A stretch of 64,000 nt of DNA from an uncultured bacterium (GTDB lineage Bacteria > Chlamydiota > Chlamydiia > Chlamydiales > SM23-39), in the NCBI GenBank assembly GCA_963716985.1, contig OY970323.1, positions 96,001-160,000 on the forward strand. The letters are read 5' to 3'. This document shows, in pieces, positions 9,228-19,083 of this stretch. Both the position numbers and the translations under genes were made by a program. Position 1 is the first letter of the stretch; each line of letters begins with the position of its first letter. A model generated the notes under the pieces. That model did no database searches. It worked only from the letters and a program-made list of their open reading frames with translations, and was not told the origin of the DNA.

Positions 9228-10652
9228 CTAAAAACCAATCGCTTCGCTCCTGACGGCTCCAGCCGATTCGTGTACAATATTTTTTTGAAAATTCTTTTTT
9301 CTCCAGAACGCCAAAGCTTTCCTTCTTCTGGAAAGTAGCGTCGATCCGACCTGTTCTCTTGTCCACGTGTCGACATCACTTATCTTTATATGTGTCATGG
9401 CTGCCTTCACCAAAGCAATATCCACTTTACCGACGCACGCAGCTACTCCCAGAATAAGCGGCGTGAAGCCTCCCTTGCTTTGGTCATTCTCGAGACTTTT
9501 CAATTTTCCAAATAGAGATTCTATGATTTCGCTTGAACCAAGCCAGGTTTGTCCAAAAGGGACGACTTTCGACTGTTCGTAGAAGAAATCTATCAGCGCT
9601 CCAGCGTATTCGCATGCTTCTGCATTAAAATTTAAGGACTTCATTTCCTCTTCCAAAAATGCATCTATCTGCTCTCCTGTGCTAAAACTCACTCCATTCT
9701 CGCGGATATACTGTCTAGTTTTCCGACTGATGAGGTCAAATTGTTTCAATCTTTCAATGAGCCCTGTATATTGACGAATCCAGCCACAGTATTGTTCGAG
9801 CAGATCCTTGTCAGGATGGTTCGGCGTATCTATGGCAACCATAATGTCAATTCCCCATCGCGCAAGAATCTCGATATTGAGGAATCGAGACTTCGTCCTT
9901 TGGTTGGGTGGCATGAGATGAGCTGCCTGTGTTTGCTGCATCTTATTCTTGGCAGCTGCCGCAGCTGTTGAAAAAGCTTGCCATTCCGAATCATCCTCGA
10001 AAATCTTTTTTAAAAAAGTGCCAATTTTATGAATAGTGTCAAAAACGCGGCCAGCACCATGCTTCTGACAAAACAGTTCAATTCCGCCTCGGAGATCTGA
10101 ACCATCATCAGCGCATACCATAGCAGCCTTTCCAATTTTTTTCTGTGCATTCTCCAATGCCCTGCAGACAATATTCGCGTTGGACTGATCATGGAGCTCT
10201 ATAATCAGTACTTCCATGTCCTCGAGAGTTAGTGCTTTTCCCTTCTGAAACTTACTCAGACGCATTCCTAAAATTACAAGACATTTTTGAGTACCAATTT
10301 GGACTGAATTGTCAATGACTAGTGCCCAGTCATTTGCTTGTTCTTTCGGGCAATTCAACTTATAGAGACCTATCTGCGTTAGCCATCTGCTGATGCTTTT
10401 GTATGTTGGAATCGGTTGATCTTTGACAGCATCGAATTGAGAAAATGCAATATGAATCGCCTTAGGAGCTGCGCGAAATGAAATAGTAGCTTGGAGCACT
10501 AGCCTAATGCACATGATGATCATCAAGATGGGATACCAACCACGCGGGGCTTTCTCTCCCATCTTTGGAATCAAATTTTCAAGACCCCTGTTTTTTTTTT
10601 CGAGCTGCTTCAATTTCAGTTTGGAGTTGATCTGCGCGCCTGCGTTCCTCAT
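9228..10652 (-). CDS. DDE transposase OrfB (true start uncertain; possibly fused to OrfA)
   Basis: IDNS, ADDGSDL, DTIH (DxxH) and GSSEIIESLFGKLK motifs; paralogue at 58481-59812. Confidence 0.85.
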   Translation of the reverse strand: MRNAGAQINSKLKLKQLEKKNRGLENLIPKMGEKAPRGWYPILMIIMCIRLVLQATISFRAAPKAIHIAFSQFDAVKDQPIPTYKSISRWLTQIGLYKLNCPKEQANDWALVIDNSVQIGTQKCLVILGMRLSKFQKGKALTLEDMEVLIIELHDQSNANIVCRALENAQKKIGKAAMVCADDGSDLRGGIELFCQKHGAGRVFDTIHKIGTFLKKIFEDDSEWQAFSTAAAAAKNKMQQTQAAHLMPPNQRTKSRFLNIEILARWGIDIMVAIDTPNHPDKDLLEQYCGWIRQYTGLIERLKQFDLISRKTRQYIRENGVSFSTGEQIDAFLEEEMKSLNFNAEACEYAGALIDFFYEQSKVVPFGQTWLGSSEIIESLFGKLKSLENDQSKGGFTPLILGVAACVGKVDIALVKAAMTHIKISDVDTWTREQVGSTLLSRRRKALAFWRKKNFQKNIVHESAGAVRSEAIGF

Positions 10653-10944
10653 CAGCTCGTATTCGCTCGCGCTCTATCTCTTTCTTTGCAGTCTGTATCT
10701 TCTCTTGAGCCTCCAGTAATCTCTCCTGCGCAACTTGTATTTGTTGCTCCAGGCCTTCCTTTTGCTGGTCAAGCTCTTTATTACGATCTTTCCAATGATC
10801 GCGACTTTCAGCAATCTCTACATTCCTGTCGCGAAGTTTTTTGTTCTGCTGGGTTTTTTCATAATTGTGATGCTTCAGCGCATCTCTGGATGTTCGTAGC
10901 CGCTTGATTTTCTGGTGCAATTCACCAGGCCGTTCTTTCTTCAT
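10579..10944 (-). CDS. IS OrfA, coiled-coil protein
   Basis: Inside the TIRs; ends just after an A10 run overlapping the OrfB frame; paralogue at 59829-60137. Confidence 0.75.
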   Translation of the reverse strand: MKKERPGELHQKIKRLRTSRDALKHHNYEKTQQNKKLRDRNVEIAESRDHWKDRNKELDQQKEGLEQQIQVAQERLLEAQEKIQTAKKEIERERIRADEERRRADQLQTEIEAARKKKQGS

Positions 10945-13108
10945 TTTTATCCTATCGGGAAAAATGACTAAACATTGTGACGGTTTTGTTGTTGTGAAGT
11001 CAAGATTTTATTGAAAGGTTTGTGTAGTAAAGTTGGACAAAAAATAGGGGGGTAGTACTACGGCTCTCTTGGGCCATTGTTGGACGTCTTCTGATTGTTT
11101 GTCACACCCCACCAAAAGTCACATTCAAGCAACAATTGATAGTCGTAGAGAAGCTTGACTTCCTTTCTGCCGAAACTAAGCGCCTTGAATTCATTTATCA
11201 ACAAAAACTTGCCGCACTAGATGAACTGAAAAAATCTCTATTTTACCAAGCCTTCGCTGGGAACCTATAGGCCGGCCCATGAACGAAGCCGAAACCAGAG
11301 CAGAACATATTGATCCCGCGCTGAAGGCGGCTGGTTGGGGCGTTGTTGAAAATAGCAGGATTCTGCGCGAATATTCCATTACTCCTGGCCGGATCGAAGG
11401 TCGTGGACGACGTGGAAAGCCTCTCAGCGCCGATTACGTGTTGGTCTATCGCAACCGAAAGATCGCCGTCATTGAGGCCAAACCGTGGGATCAAGCATTG
11501 ACTGAAGGCGTTGCTCAGGCCAAGGACTACGCATCGAAGCTGGCCATCCGTTTCACCTACTCCTCAAACGGCCAAGGTATTTACTGTATCGACATGGAGA
11601 CTGGAAAAGAGAGTGAAGAATCGCGCTATCCCACGCCGGATGAACTTTGGGATATGACATTTGCTAAAGCAAACGCATGGCGTGACCGTTTCGCCGAAGT
11701 GCCATTTGAGGACAAAGGCGGTTCATTTTCAAGTCGGTATTATCAAGATATCGCTGTTGAACGAGTGATGGAAGCGATTGCAGAAGATCGCCAACGCATT
11801 CTTCTTACTCTTGCCACAGGAACAGGGAAAACGTTCATCGCATTCCAGATTGCATGGAAATTGTTCCAAAGCCGCTGGAATCTGAATCGCGATCCGTCCC
11901 GCCGACCGCGCATCCTCTTTCTCGCCGACCGAAACATCCTCGCCAACCAGGCATTCAATGCATTCTCCTCTTTTCCCGAAGACGCATTAATCCGGATTGA
12001 TCCGAAGGAGATTCGCAAGAATGCCAAGGTGCCGAAAAATGGCAATTTATTTTTCACAATTTTTCAGACCTTTATGAGTGGGCCGCCCAAAGAAGGTCAA
12101 CCATCTCCCTATTTTGGGGAGTACCCACCTGACTTCTTCGATTTCATCATCATTGACGAGTGCCATCGTGGCGGTGCGAATGACGAAAGCAATTGGCGCG
12201 ATATTCTGGAATATTTTTCTCCAGCTGTTCAGCTCGGATTAACGGCCACGCCGAAGCGTAAAGATAACGTGGATACTTACGATTATTTTGGCGAACCGGT
12301 CTACATTTACTCTCTGAAGGAAGGCATCAACGACGGGTTCCTCACGCCGTTTAAGGTAAACCAGATTTCCACGACACTTGACGAGTATGTCTATACCCCT
12401 GACGACGAGCTGATCGAAGGAGAAATCGAACCAGGGAAGCGTTATACAGAGGTCGATTTCAACAAGATTATTGAAATCACGCCGCGTGAAAAGAAGCGTG
12501 TTGAGATTTTCATGAATCTGATCAATCAAAATGAGAAGACTCTTGTATTCTGCGCCACGCAGGACCACGCCTTGGCGGTGCGAGACCTCATCAATCAGAT
12601 GAAGACGAGCAAAGATCCCGGCTACTGCCAACGAGTGACTGCCAATGATGGAGTGTTGGGCGATCAATACCTCCGCGCTTTTCAGGACAACGAGAAAACG
12701 ATTCCGACTATCCTTACCACTTCACAAAAGCTCTCGACTGGCGTAGACGCCCGTAATATCCGCAACATCGTTCTCATGCGACCAGTCAACTCAATGATCG
12801 AATTTAAGCAAATCATCGGCCGCGGCACGCGGCTATACGATGGTAAGGACTACTTCACGATTTATGATTTTGTGAGGGCACATCAACGTTTCCAAGATCC
12901 GGAATGGGACGGCCCCCCGGAAGAAGAACTCCCCTGTTCCAGGTGTGGTTTTCGGCCTTGTGAATGCGAAAGGAGACCTTCGCAACCATGTTCTAAGTGC
13001 GGCCAACATCCTTGCGAATGCCCGAAGGAGCCTTGTCCTGTTTGCGGGAAGCTCGATTGTGAGTGCAGAAAAAAGATAAAAACAAAAGTGAAGCTCGCTG
13101 ATGGCAAG

Positions 13109-15074
13109 GGCTATTCGTTTAATTTCGTCCAGTTGGTAGCTTAAGCCGCCTGCTTTTCCATGCCATTTTTTGCCCGTCTCTTGTGATTTTTTCTGGGTCT
13201 CGGCAATTCCACCTTATCTAATAACCATGTGAACAGATCTCGAGGTTTTTGTTCGAAAAACCTTTCTGCCGCAGTAGTGCCATCCGCTCGTCGTATAAAA
13301 AAATTGTGCAACACTGTTAAGACCGTGAGTGTATGTGCAGTCAATCGCCGAAATGCATGGAATTTTAATGACAACTGGCCATTTCTACCCTCCACACATG
13401 AGCTCGATCGTTGAAAAATTTGGGCGCATTCCAAGGCTCTACGCCACCATTCTACCTGCATAGAGCAATTTATTCCGCCCCATAACAGATTCTGTTTGAG
13501 GCCTTCTTCCAATTTGCGTAAAGTTGTCTTTATCGCTTCTTTTCGGACCTTCTTTTTAGTTCTTTGCAAACAGAGCTTTAAGTACTCTATCGCAACAAGC
13601 TTCTCGAATAACTGCCCATGCCACTCATCTAGTCCCATAGACTTGATTTGGACTGCAAGGAAGGAAAAGAAAAAACACAGCACGGCAATCATAGAGAGCA
13701 GCGATCCCTTGGATTTTTCCAGTTTTTTCTTTTGCTTGTCTGTGCAATCAGCCTCTTTGGCTACAGTTTCAAGCGTCTCGTAGGCAGTCTCAATCTTCGC
13801 TTTAACCTCCTCTGGAGCCTGCTTATCTCCTGTATCTAAACTGAAGGGATGATAAGCATGAGTGATGGCTCGTCTTGCTTCCTGAGCCATTCTATACTGC
13901 TTTTCGGTTGCCTCTATTTTCTTGCGATTCGCTTTTTCCTCTTTTTCTATTTCAAGAAGCCGATTTCCCACATTTATCCCTCTCTTAGATAGCTCTTCAA
14001 CCCCACCTGCACGTTTCAACTGATCTCCAAATTTATTCAACGCTTCAAGTTTTTCTTTTTGCAAATCCTCTTGTTGCTTCTTCACTTGCTGGACAGTTCT
14101 TGCCAAGTGGCTTGTAAGTCCCTTGGTGATCTCTTGTTGGACATGAAAAAGATCCGAGCCCTTTATGACGTTCAGTGAATGGGTGGCAAGTTTTTTGAGT
14201 CCTGATGCCTCATCTCCCACTAACTGATATAAAGTGACATTCAATCCCTTGAGAGCAGATTGCGTGACCTTATGCCAGGTCTCAGCATCTCTTTGTTCTT
14301 CAAGCTGCTCTGCTAAAATATAGCCAGAGATCGGCTCCATCAAGATGAGAGTCATATCATCCATTATAAAGTTTTCATCAAGAGCTCCTGGGATGTTTTT
14401 ATGTGGCATTTGTTTTGCAAGCCTTTCGAACTCTTCCTTCCCAAATACTGCCACCTGTTGGCCGAGCGTCTTGCAAACCTTCTGCAATGCAGACTCAGAG
14501 GTCCCTACAAATGTGTTTATATCAACTCTTTCAAAAAAATCATGGAGCTCTGGAATACCGCTATTTCCATTCAGATGGAAATGCATACAAGTGGCTAAAA
14601 CCATATTATGCAACCAGGTTTGTCCGGAGGGAGATTCGAAAAAATGTACGACAGCCGGATCTCGCCTTCCATTAAGTGCTTTCTTCCGATCGATCCAGTG
14701 TTGCAAGGAAGTTCTGGGAATGTTATATTTTTTAGCTAGATTGCGCTGAGATAGGCCTCTTGCTTCATCTATAACCTTAGCCTGCGTGGATCGACCGATG
14801 ATGCAATATTTTCTGGGCTTTTTTGCTTCCGTTTGACATGCTGTTTCCATAAGGCTTGCTCTTTCTTTATTTTTTTGTCCAAAAAAATTTTACTGAGCAA
14901 GTCCTTTTTATTTAAATATTTAAATGTCAGTTTCTGGAGAAATCAAGCTTGTGGGGAATCTCGGCAGAATCCTAGATAGCGTTCAACAGAAAAGAATCCC
15001 AAGAGACGGGCAAAAAATAGCATGGAAAAGCAAGCGGCTTAAGCTACCAACTGGACGAAATTAAACGAATAGCC
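13109..15074 (-). mobile_element. IS with DUF6399-type transposase and very long TIRs
   Basis: TIRs 13109-13195 and 14987-15074, first 41 bp perfect; 8-bp TSD ATGGCAAG at 13101-13108 and 15075-15082. Confidence 0.92.
13141..14850 (-). CDS. Transposase, DUF6399 family-like
   Basis: N-terminal HTH; ALDENF, VGDEASGL, DLFH and QRSSSCVEGRNGQL motifs; bounded by TIRs and TSD. Confidence 0.8.
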   Translation of the reverse strand: METACQTEAKKPRKYCIIGRSTQAKVIDEARGLSQRNLAKKYNIPRTSLQHWIDRKKALNGRRDPAVVHFFESPSGQTWLHNMVLATCMHFHLNGNSGIPELHDFFERVDINTFVGTSESALQKVCKTLGQQVAVFGKEEFERLAKQMPHKNIPGALDENFIMDDMTLILMEPISGYILAEQLEEQRDAETWHKVTQSALKGLNVTLYQLVGDEASGLKKLATHSLNVIKGSDLFHVQQEITKGLTSHLARTVQQVKKQQEDLQKEKLEALNKFGDQLKRAGGVEELSKRGINVGNRLLEIEKEEKANRKKIEATEKQYRMAQEARRAITHAYHPFSLDTGDKQAPEEVKAKIETAYETLETVAKEADCTDKQKKKLEKSKGSLLSMIAVLCFFFSFLAVQIKSMGLDEWHGQLFEKLVAIEYLKLCLQRTKKKVRKEAIKTTLRKLEEGLKQNLLWGGINCSMQVEWWRRALECAQIFQRSSSCVEGRNGQLSLKFHAFRRLTAHTLTVLTVLHNFFIRRADGTTAAERFFEQKPRDLFTWLLDKVELPRPRKNHKRRAKNGMEKQAA

Positions 15075-15733
15075 ATGGCAAGGAGCGTACCATTCAGTAT
15101 ATGACGGCCACTTCTTTTTGGCATCATGATGGAACGCCAATGTCCGCGCAACAGTTCATGGAACAGCTTTTCGGTAAACTGCCTGATTTTTTCAAAGATG
15201 AAGAGGAACTCCGCACGTTGTGGAGCATGCCGGATACGAGGAAGAAACTTTTGCAGGGACTCGCTGAGAAAGGTTTTGGCTGCGAGCAACTAGCCGAGAT
15301 GCAGAAAATCATTAACGCCGAGAAGAGCGATCTGTTCGACGTTTTGGCCTACGTAGCCTATGCTCTTCCCCCGTTGACCCGCGAAGAACGAGCATCACGA
15401 GCCAAGGTCATTATCAGTCAGGATTTCAATAGCAACCAGCAAATCTTTCTCGATTTTGTGTTATCGCACTATGTCAATATCGGCGTAGAGGAGCTTGATC
15501 AGGATAAGCTGAACCTCTTATTGCGGCTCAAGTATCACAACTCTATTGCCGATGCTGTTGTCAAACTAGGGCAACCGGCGGAGATTGGCAAAGTGTTCTC
15601 TAGCTTCCAAAAGTATTTGTACCAACGACCGGACAACCGAATAGTTTGCAGACGCTAAAAAACCTCATCGACCTGCTACTCAAAATATTCTCGATTAATC
15701 TCGAATTGATTATACTCATCTTTTTGAGGATAA

Positions 15734-16183
15734 ATGGAAAAGGTTCGAATCTATTGCGACTCCGGGGCTGATATTTCGAAGTTAAAAAACGTTGAAGTTC
15801 AGTGCGAATTTTATCAATTCCCATACGACTCTCCGGATCGACCTAAAAAGCCGCTTCTGCTTGCCAAACCTTCGGAAGCGCAATGGAGGGATTGTCATGC
15901 TGCTTGGATGGAATTTTCCGAGATAACTTGGGATGATTTCAAAGGAAGCCCTCTTCATCTACAAATCGAAACCATTATAGGACCAGACAATCGACGCGAT
16001 GTTTTGCATTTTGACTCTGCGTATAAGTCTGAATGTTCGATCTTTCTAACTTCCGATAAAGGAGACATCTGGTCGAAAAGGACAATCTTGGAAGCCCTCA
16101 CAGGGATAAAAACCTTTTGCACTCCGCTTGAACTGCAAGCGGTTCTCGAATGTTTTTCTCTGCTAAGTAAACACCAAGCATGA
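15734..16183 (+). CDS. Hypothetical protein, PIN-like
   Basis: IYCDSG near the N-terminus and DVLHFDSAYKSECSIFLTSD resemble PIN acidic motifs. Confidence 0.55.
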   Translation: MEKVRIYCDSGADISKLKNVEVQCEFYQFPYDSPDRPKKPLLLAKPSEAQWRDCHAAWMEFSEITWDDFKGSPLHLQIETIIGPDNRRDVLHFDSAYKSECSIFLTSDKGDIWSKRTILEALTGIKTFCTPLELQAVLECFSLLSKHQA

Positions 16184-16330
16184 AATCGCGACAGTTTGTC
16201 GTTGTCCCGCCACCCCTTTCCCTTGCTCAACCAAAAATAAGCGATTGTGGGGCAAACGAAACCTCAAACCGTCGACACAGAAAACGGGCAGAGATATACT
16301 CCTCCACCTATTCTCAGGCTGGGAAACTTT

Positions 16331-17695
16331 ATGACGACTCTTCAAAACGCTGTGGCAGTGACTGACTACGACGCATTGCTCGCTGAACTTTGGAACCAAC
16401 CCGAAGATAGGGTCGATTTCAAAGAACCATTCCGATTAGACCAGGCCCCTAAAAAACAGGTCTGCGGTCTCGTAAAGGATATCTTAGGAATGTCGAACCG
16501 AGCTGGAGGTGGATTCATTATCATCGGGAAAAAAGATGTTACCGGAGAAGCAATTAACTGTGATGAAGATATAGTCAAGTCCTTCGATACTACAAAAGTG
16601 CATGATAAGGTTCGCTTCCATGGAAAGCCAGAACCCACTTTCAATATCCACTCGGGAACATCTCCCGCTGGAACTACCGCTATTATCATCCACGTAAAAG
16701 AATTCCCCGAGGTACCCGTAATTTGCTCGCAAACCATTTCCTTCACAGAAGATAAAGGTCCTCCTATCCTTCGCGAAGGCGCTCTATACATCAGAAGCAA
16801 AACTGGAAATGCGCGAACTTGCGAAGTTTCGTCTGAACAGGATATGCGGGATCTGATTGACCGAGCTGTCCTCAAAAGCGGAAAAAAACTTACGACAGCT
16901 TTTGAAGATCTAATCGGCCGATACTTGCACGGGGGAATAGTTGACCCTATGGAAAAAAAAGAGGCTGTTCGGAGCTGGCAGAAGGAACAAGACCTAATTT
17001 GCAAAAAACTGGAGACATTACCTACTCTCTCCGATCCGATCCTACAAATCATTGTTCATCCTGGTGATTATGAAAAAAATCTGTTCGATACCAAAACCCT
17101 ACAAAGTAAACTAAGCAGGTCGGCTTCTTTTCATCGCGGCTGGTCATTTCCTTGCCCTGACTTCGAAATCACCAAAGAAGCGTATGATTTCAGCGAAGGG
17201 CTTCTCATTCATGCCTCCAGCAAAAATTTTCGCGACGGAGAATTACATTCTGTTTTTGGTCTGAATACCTCAGGCCTAATGGTCTACCGAGAAGAGATGT
17301 CATCCGCTTATGACGCAAATAGGGCTGGTAAGCCTCTCTTAGTGTTATGGGTTTTTTTGACCATTTATAGAGCAACAGGCTTTCTGGCCGGGTTATTCGA
17401 CTTTATGCCAAAAACCAGTCAACTTAAAATTCAACTCTTACTCTCGGACACTTATCAACGGCTGCCTTGCACTCATGTCTATCTGCCGCTAGATCATCCA
17501 ATGGCTTTTTTTAAGGCTACGCAGATCTCTGCCCCAAAAATTTCATTTGAAATTGAGGTGACCCGCGAAGAAATCTCTGTCGATCCAGTCGAGGTAACTT
17601 TTAAGGCAGCCAGGAAAATTATTGAGTTTACAGATGCTCAGATATCCGATCAGCAGCTTAGGGCTGAAATCGAAAAAATCGCCGATCCAGCCTAA
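16331..17695 (+). CDS. AlbA_2/Schlafen-like domain protein
   Basis: EDRVDFKE...LVKDILGMSNRAGGGFIIIG and a later YIRS motif; uncharacterised C-terminal half. Confidence 0.8.
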   Translation: MTTLQNAVAVTDYDALLAELWNQPEDRVDFKEPFRLDQAPKKQVCGLVKDILGMSNRAGGGFIIIGKKDVTGEAINCDEDIVKSFDTTKVHDKVRFHGKPEPTFNIHSGTSPAGTTAIIIHVKEFPEVPVICSQTISFTEDKGPPILREGALYIRSKTGNARTCEVSSEQDMRDLIDRAVLKSGKKLTTAFEDLIGRYLHGGIVDPMEKKEAVRSWQKEQDLICKKLETLPTLSDPILQIIVHPGDYEKNLFDTKTLQSKLSRSASFHRGWSFPCPDFEITKEAYDFSEGLLIHASSKNFRDGELHSVFGLNTSGLMVYREEMSSAYDANRAGKPLLVLWVFLTIYRATGFLAGLFDFMPKTSQLKIQLLLSDTYQRLPCTHVYLPLDHPMAFFKATQISAPKISFEIEVTREEISVDPVEVTFKAARKIIEFTDAQISDQQLRAEIEKIADPA

Positions 17696-17729
17696 CGGCG
17701 TCTCTTTTTTAGGGTGCAAAAACAGTGAG

Positions 17730-17837
17730 GTCAGCTCTGTTGAACGGGGTAAAAGGAACCTTTCGCTTGAGAACATCGGCAAGTTGGCCAAAGCGCTAGA
17801 GTGCACAATCGGCGATTTGGTGTCTTTTTTAAAATGA
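17730..17837 (+). pseudogene. XRE-family HTH fragment (C-terminal half)
   Basis: VSSVERGKRNLSLENIGKLAKALECTIGDL; the N-terminal helices are missing. Confidence 0.65.
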
Positions 17838-17840
17838 CTC

Positions 17841-18740
17841 TTACGATATGTTCTTGATCTGGTCAATAAAAGTGAGAAGATGATCTTTAGATACTACAAA
17901 AACTGTTTTGTTATGAGAGCCTTTAAAGCGTTTATCATCTTGGAATCGGTTCCCCCAAGCAGGTTGCCCTATGTGAGGAAGGACTTTTTCGTATTCGTTA
18001 CCCCATTTCAAAATTTCAGAATGATTAAAAGCGGCAACCTCAATTGATTCTAAGGTTATTTTGCTTAAGTTTATTTTAGAGTCGACATCCGAACTGCTAT
18101 AACGGCCGGAAAGAAGTTTAGCGTTTGTGACAATGATGGAGATGAAAATGCGGTGTGATGCGCTCCAAGAATCGTCATCTAGATGACTGTGAATCAAAAT
18201 TTCAGTGTTAAAGAGAGCTTGTCTAAGAGCGGCGCGAACTAACTCATCCCTAGAGCTACGCACAGGCAGAATTTCTTGGGTTTTGCCTTTAGGGGGCTGT
18301 TTGCAAAGGATTGGCTTGGCGTCGTCAGCCAGTACTTCTACAGCCTGTTTGCTTACACAATCGACGAAATTTAGGATTCTGTTGTGAACAGAGACAGTTT
18401 TATTCGGCCCTGAGATCAGGTGGACGTCTTTTGCCGCATCCTGATCTTGCGGGAAAATCCAATCATACTCAGATCTCTTTGATTCAATAAGGAAAACGAA
18501 GTTGCCGCTTTTTATCCATAAATCGATTTCTGTTCTACTGTTATCTCGATGTGGGGCTCCTTGAAAAACCTCCCCGCGATGAAGAATGGCACCATGTTTA
18601 TTTCTGGAGAGAATCTCGTAAACAGCGTCCTCGAGAAGGAAGCCTTCTCGATTTAGAAGACTAAGCAGCACCTGCTGTTCATTTGGATCTTCATACCAAT
18701 TGCGAATTGCGCGTTGTTGATTTTGAGCTGTTGCGGTCAT
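17841..18740 (-). CDS. Putative PD-(D/E)XK (restriction endonuclease-like) nuclease
   Basis: GFLLEDAV, EIDL and FLIESK motifs. Confidence 0.6.
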   Translation of the reverse strand: MTATAQNQQRAIRNWYEDPNEQQVLLSLLNREGFLLEDAVYEILSRNKHGAILHRGEVFQGAPHRDNSRTEIDLWIKSGNFVFLIESKRSEYDWIFPQDQDAAKDVHLISGPNKTVSVHNRILNFVDCVSKQAVEVLADDAKPILCKQPPKGKTQEILPVRSSRDELVRAALRQALFNTEILIHSHLDDDSWSASHRIFISIIVTNAKLLSGRYSSSDVDSKINLSKITLESIEVAAFNHSEILKWGNEYEKVLPHIGQPAWGNRFQDDKRFKGSHNKTVFVVSKDHLLTFIDQIKNIS

Positions 18741-18788
18741 CGCTTTCCCTTCAGCTACTCTTCGATTTAACTTTATGTGCTGTGGTAT

Positions 18789-18810
18789 CATCCACCACCC
18801 ATCCACCACC
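18789..18810. repeat. 11-bp tandem repeat CATCCACCACC x2 (putative integrase arm site of element B)
   Basis: Ends 57 bp before the att repeat, mirroring the repeat at 33389-33410. Confidence 0.55.
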
Positions 18811-18867
18811 TAGCATAAATTTGAGTGGTTATTGGAACTCGTGCGTTGAACATAACTCATTCGTATA

Positions 18868-18920
18868 AAAAAATCTGGGTGAGAGGATTTGAACCTCCGA
18901 CCTCTTGCACCCCATGCAAG
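18868..18920 (-). repeat. att site: 53-bp copy of the tRNA-Pro 3' half
   Basis: Identical to 33467-33519; ends exactly at the anticodon stem. Confidence 0.95.
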
Positions 18921-19050
18921 GTTTTTGCTGTTTTTTGCCACATCAACCCGTCTCGTTTTGTGTCATCCATTTCCGTATAACATTCTCTCATTTCTTGATT
19001 TGAATCAACTTTTTGTCTTATGTTGATGCAACATGGTTTATGTGGACTTG

Positions 19051-19070
19051 CCTGCCACATACCTGCCACA
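19051..19070. repeat. CCTGCCACATACCTGCCACA putative arm site of element A (left arm)
   Basis: The same 20-mer occurs at 33390-33409; a single TGCCACAT also lies at 18936-18943. Confidence 0.65.
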
Positions 19071-19083
19071 GAAAGGAAGGCGT

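Larger units (their letters stand above)
9200..11111 (-). mobile_element. Two-ORF IS, Mutator/IS256-superfamily-like
   Basis: 14-bp TIR TGGGGTGTGACAAA; 9-bp TSD CCAAAAGTC at 9191-9199 and 11112-11120. Confidence 0.92.
8186..11270 (+). pseudogene. hsdS: Type I RM specificity subunit interrupted by an IS
   Basis: Two-TRD layout with PLPEQQRIV. Removing 9200-11111 plus one TSD restores VPKV|TFKQQLIVVEKLD...LKKSLFYQAFAGNL* ending at 11270. Confidence 0.92.
11279..15658 (+). pseudogene. hsdR: Type I RM restriction subunit (EcoEI-like) interrupted by an IS
   Basis: NEAETR, IEAK, ATGTGKT, DECH and QIIGRGTR motifs. Removing 13109-15074 plus one TSD restores LADGK|ERTIQYMTATSFW... ending at 15658. 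Confidence 0.92.
1..18920. mobile_element. Element B: degenerate integrative (satellite-like) element; left end lies outside the window or is deleted
   Basis: Right end is the duplicated tRNA-Pro 3' half at 18868-18920. Carries a close copy of the element A rep-DUF5681-small ORF core plus defence cargo. No integrase seen in the window. Confidence 0.75.

Noticed and set aside
18868..18920. Second tRNA-Pro gene
   Set aside because: Lacks the D-arm and 5' acceptor strand; it is the att duplicate.
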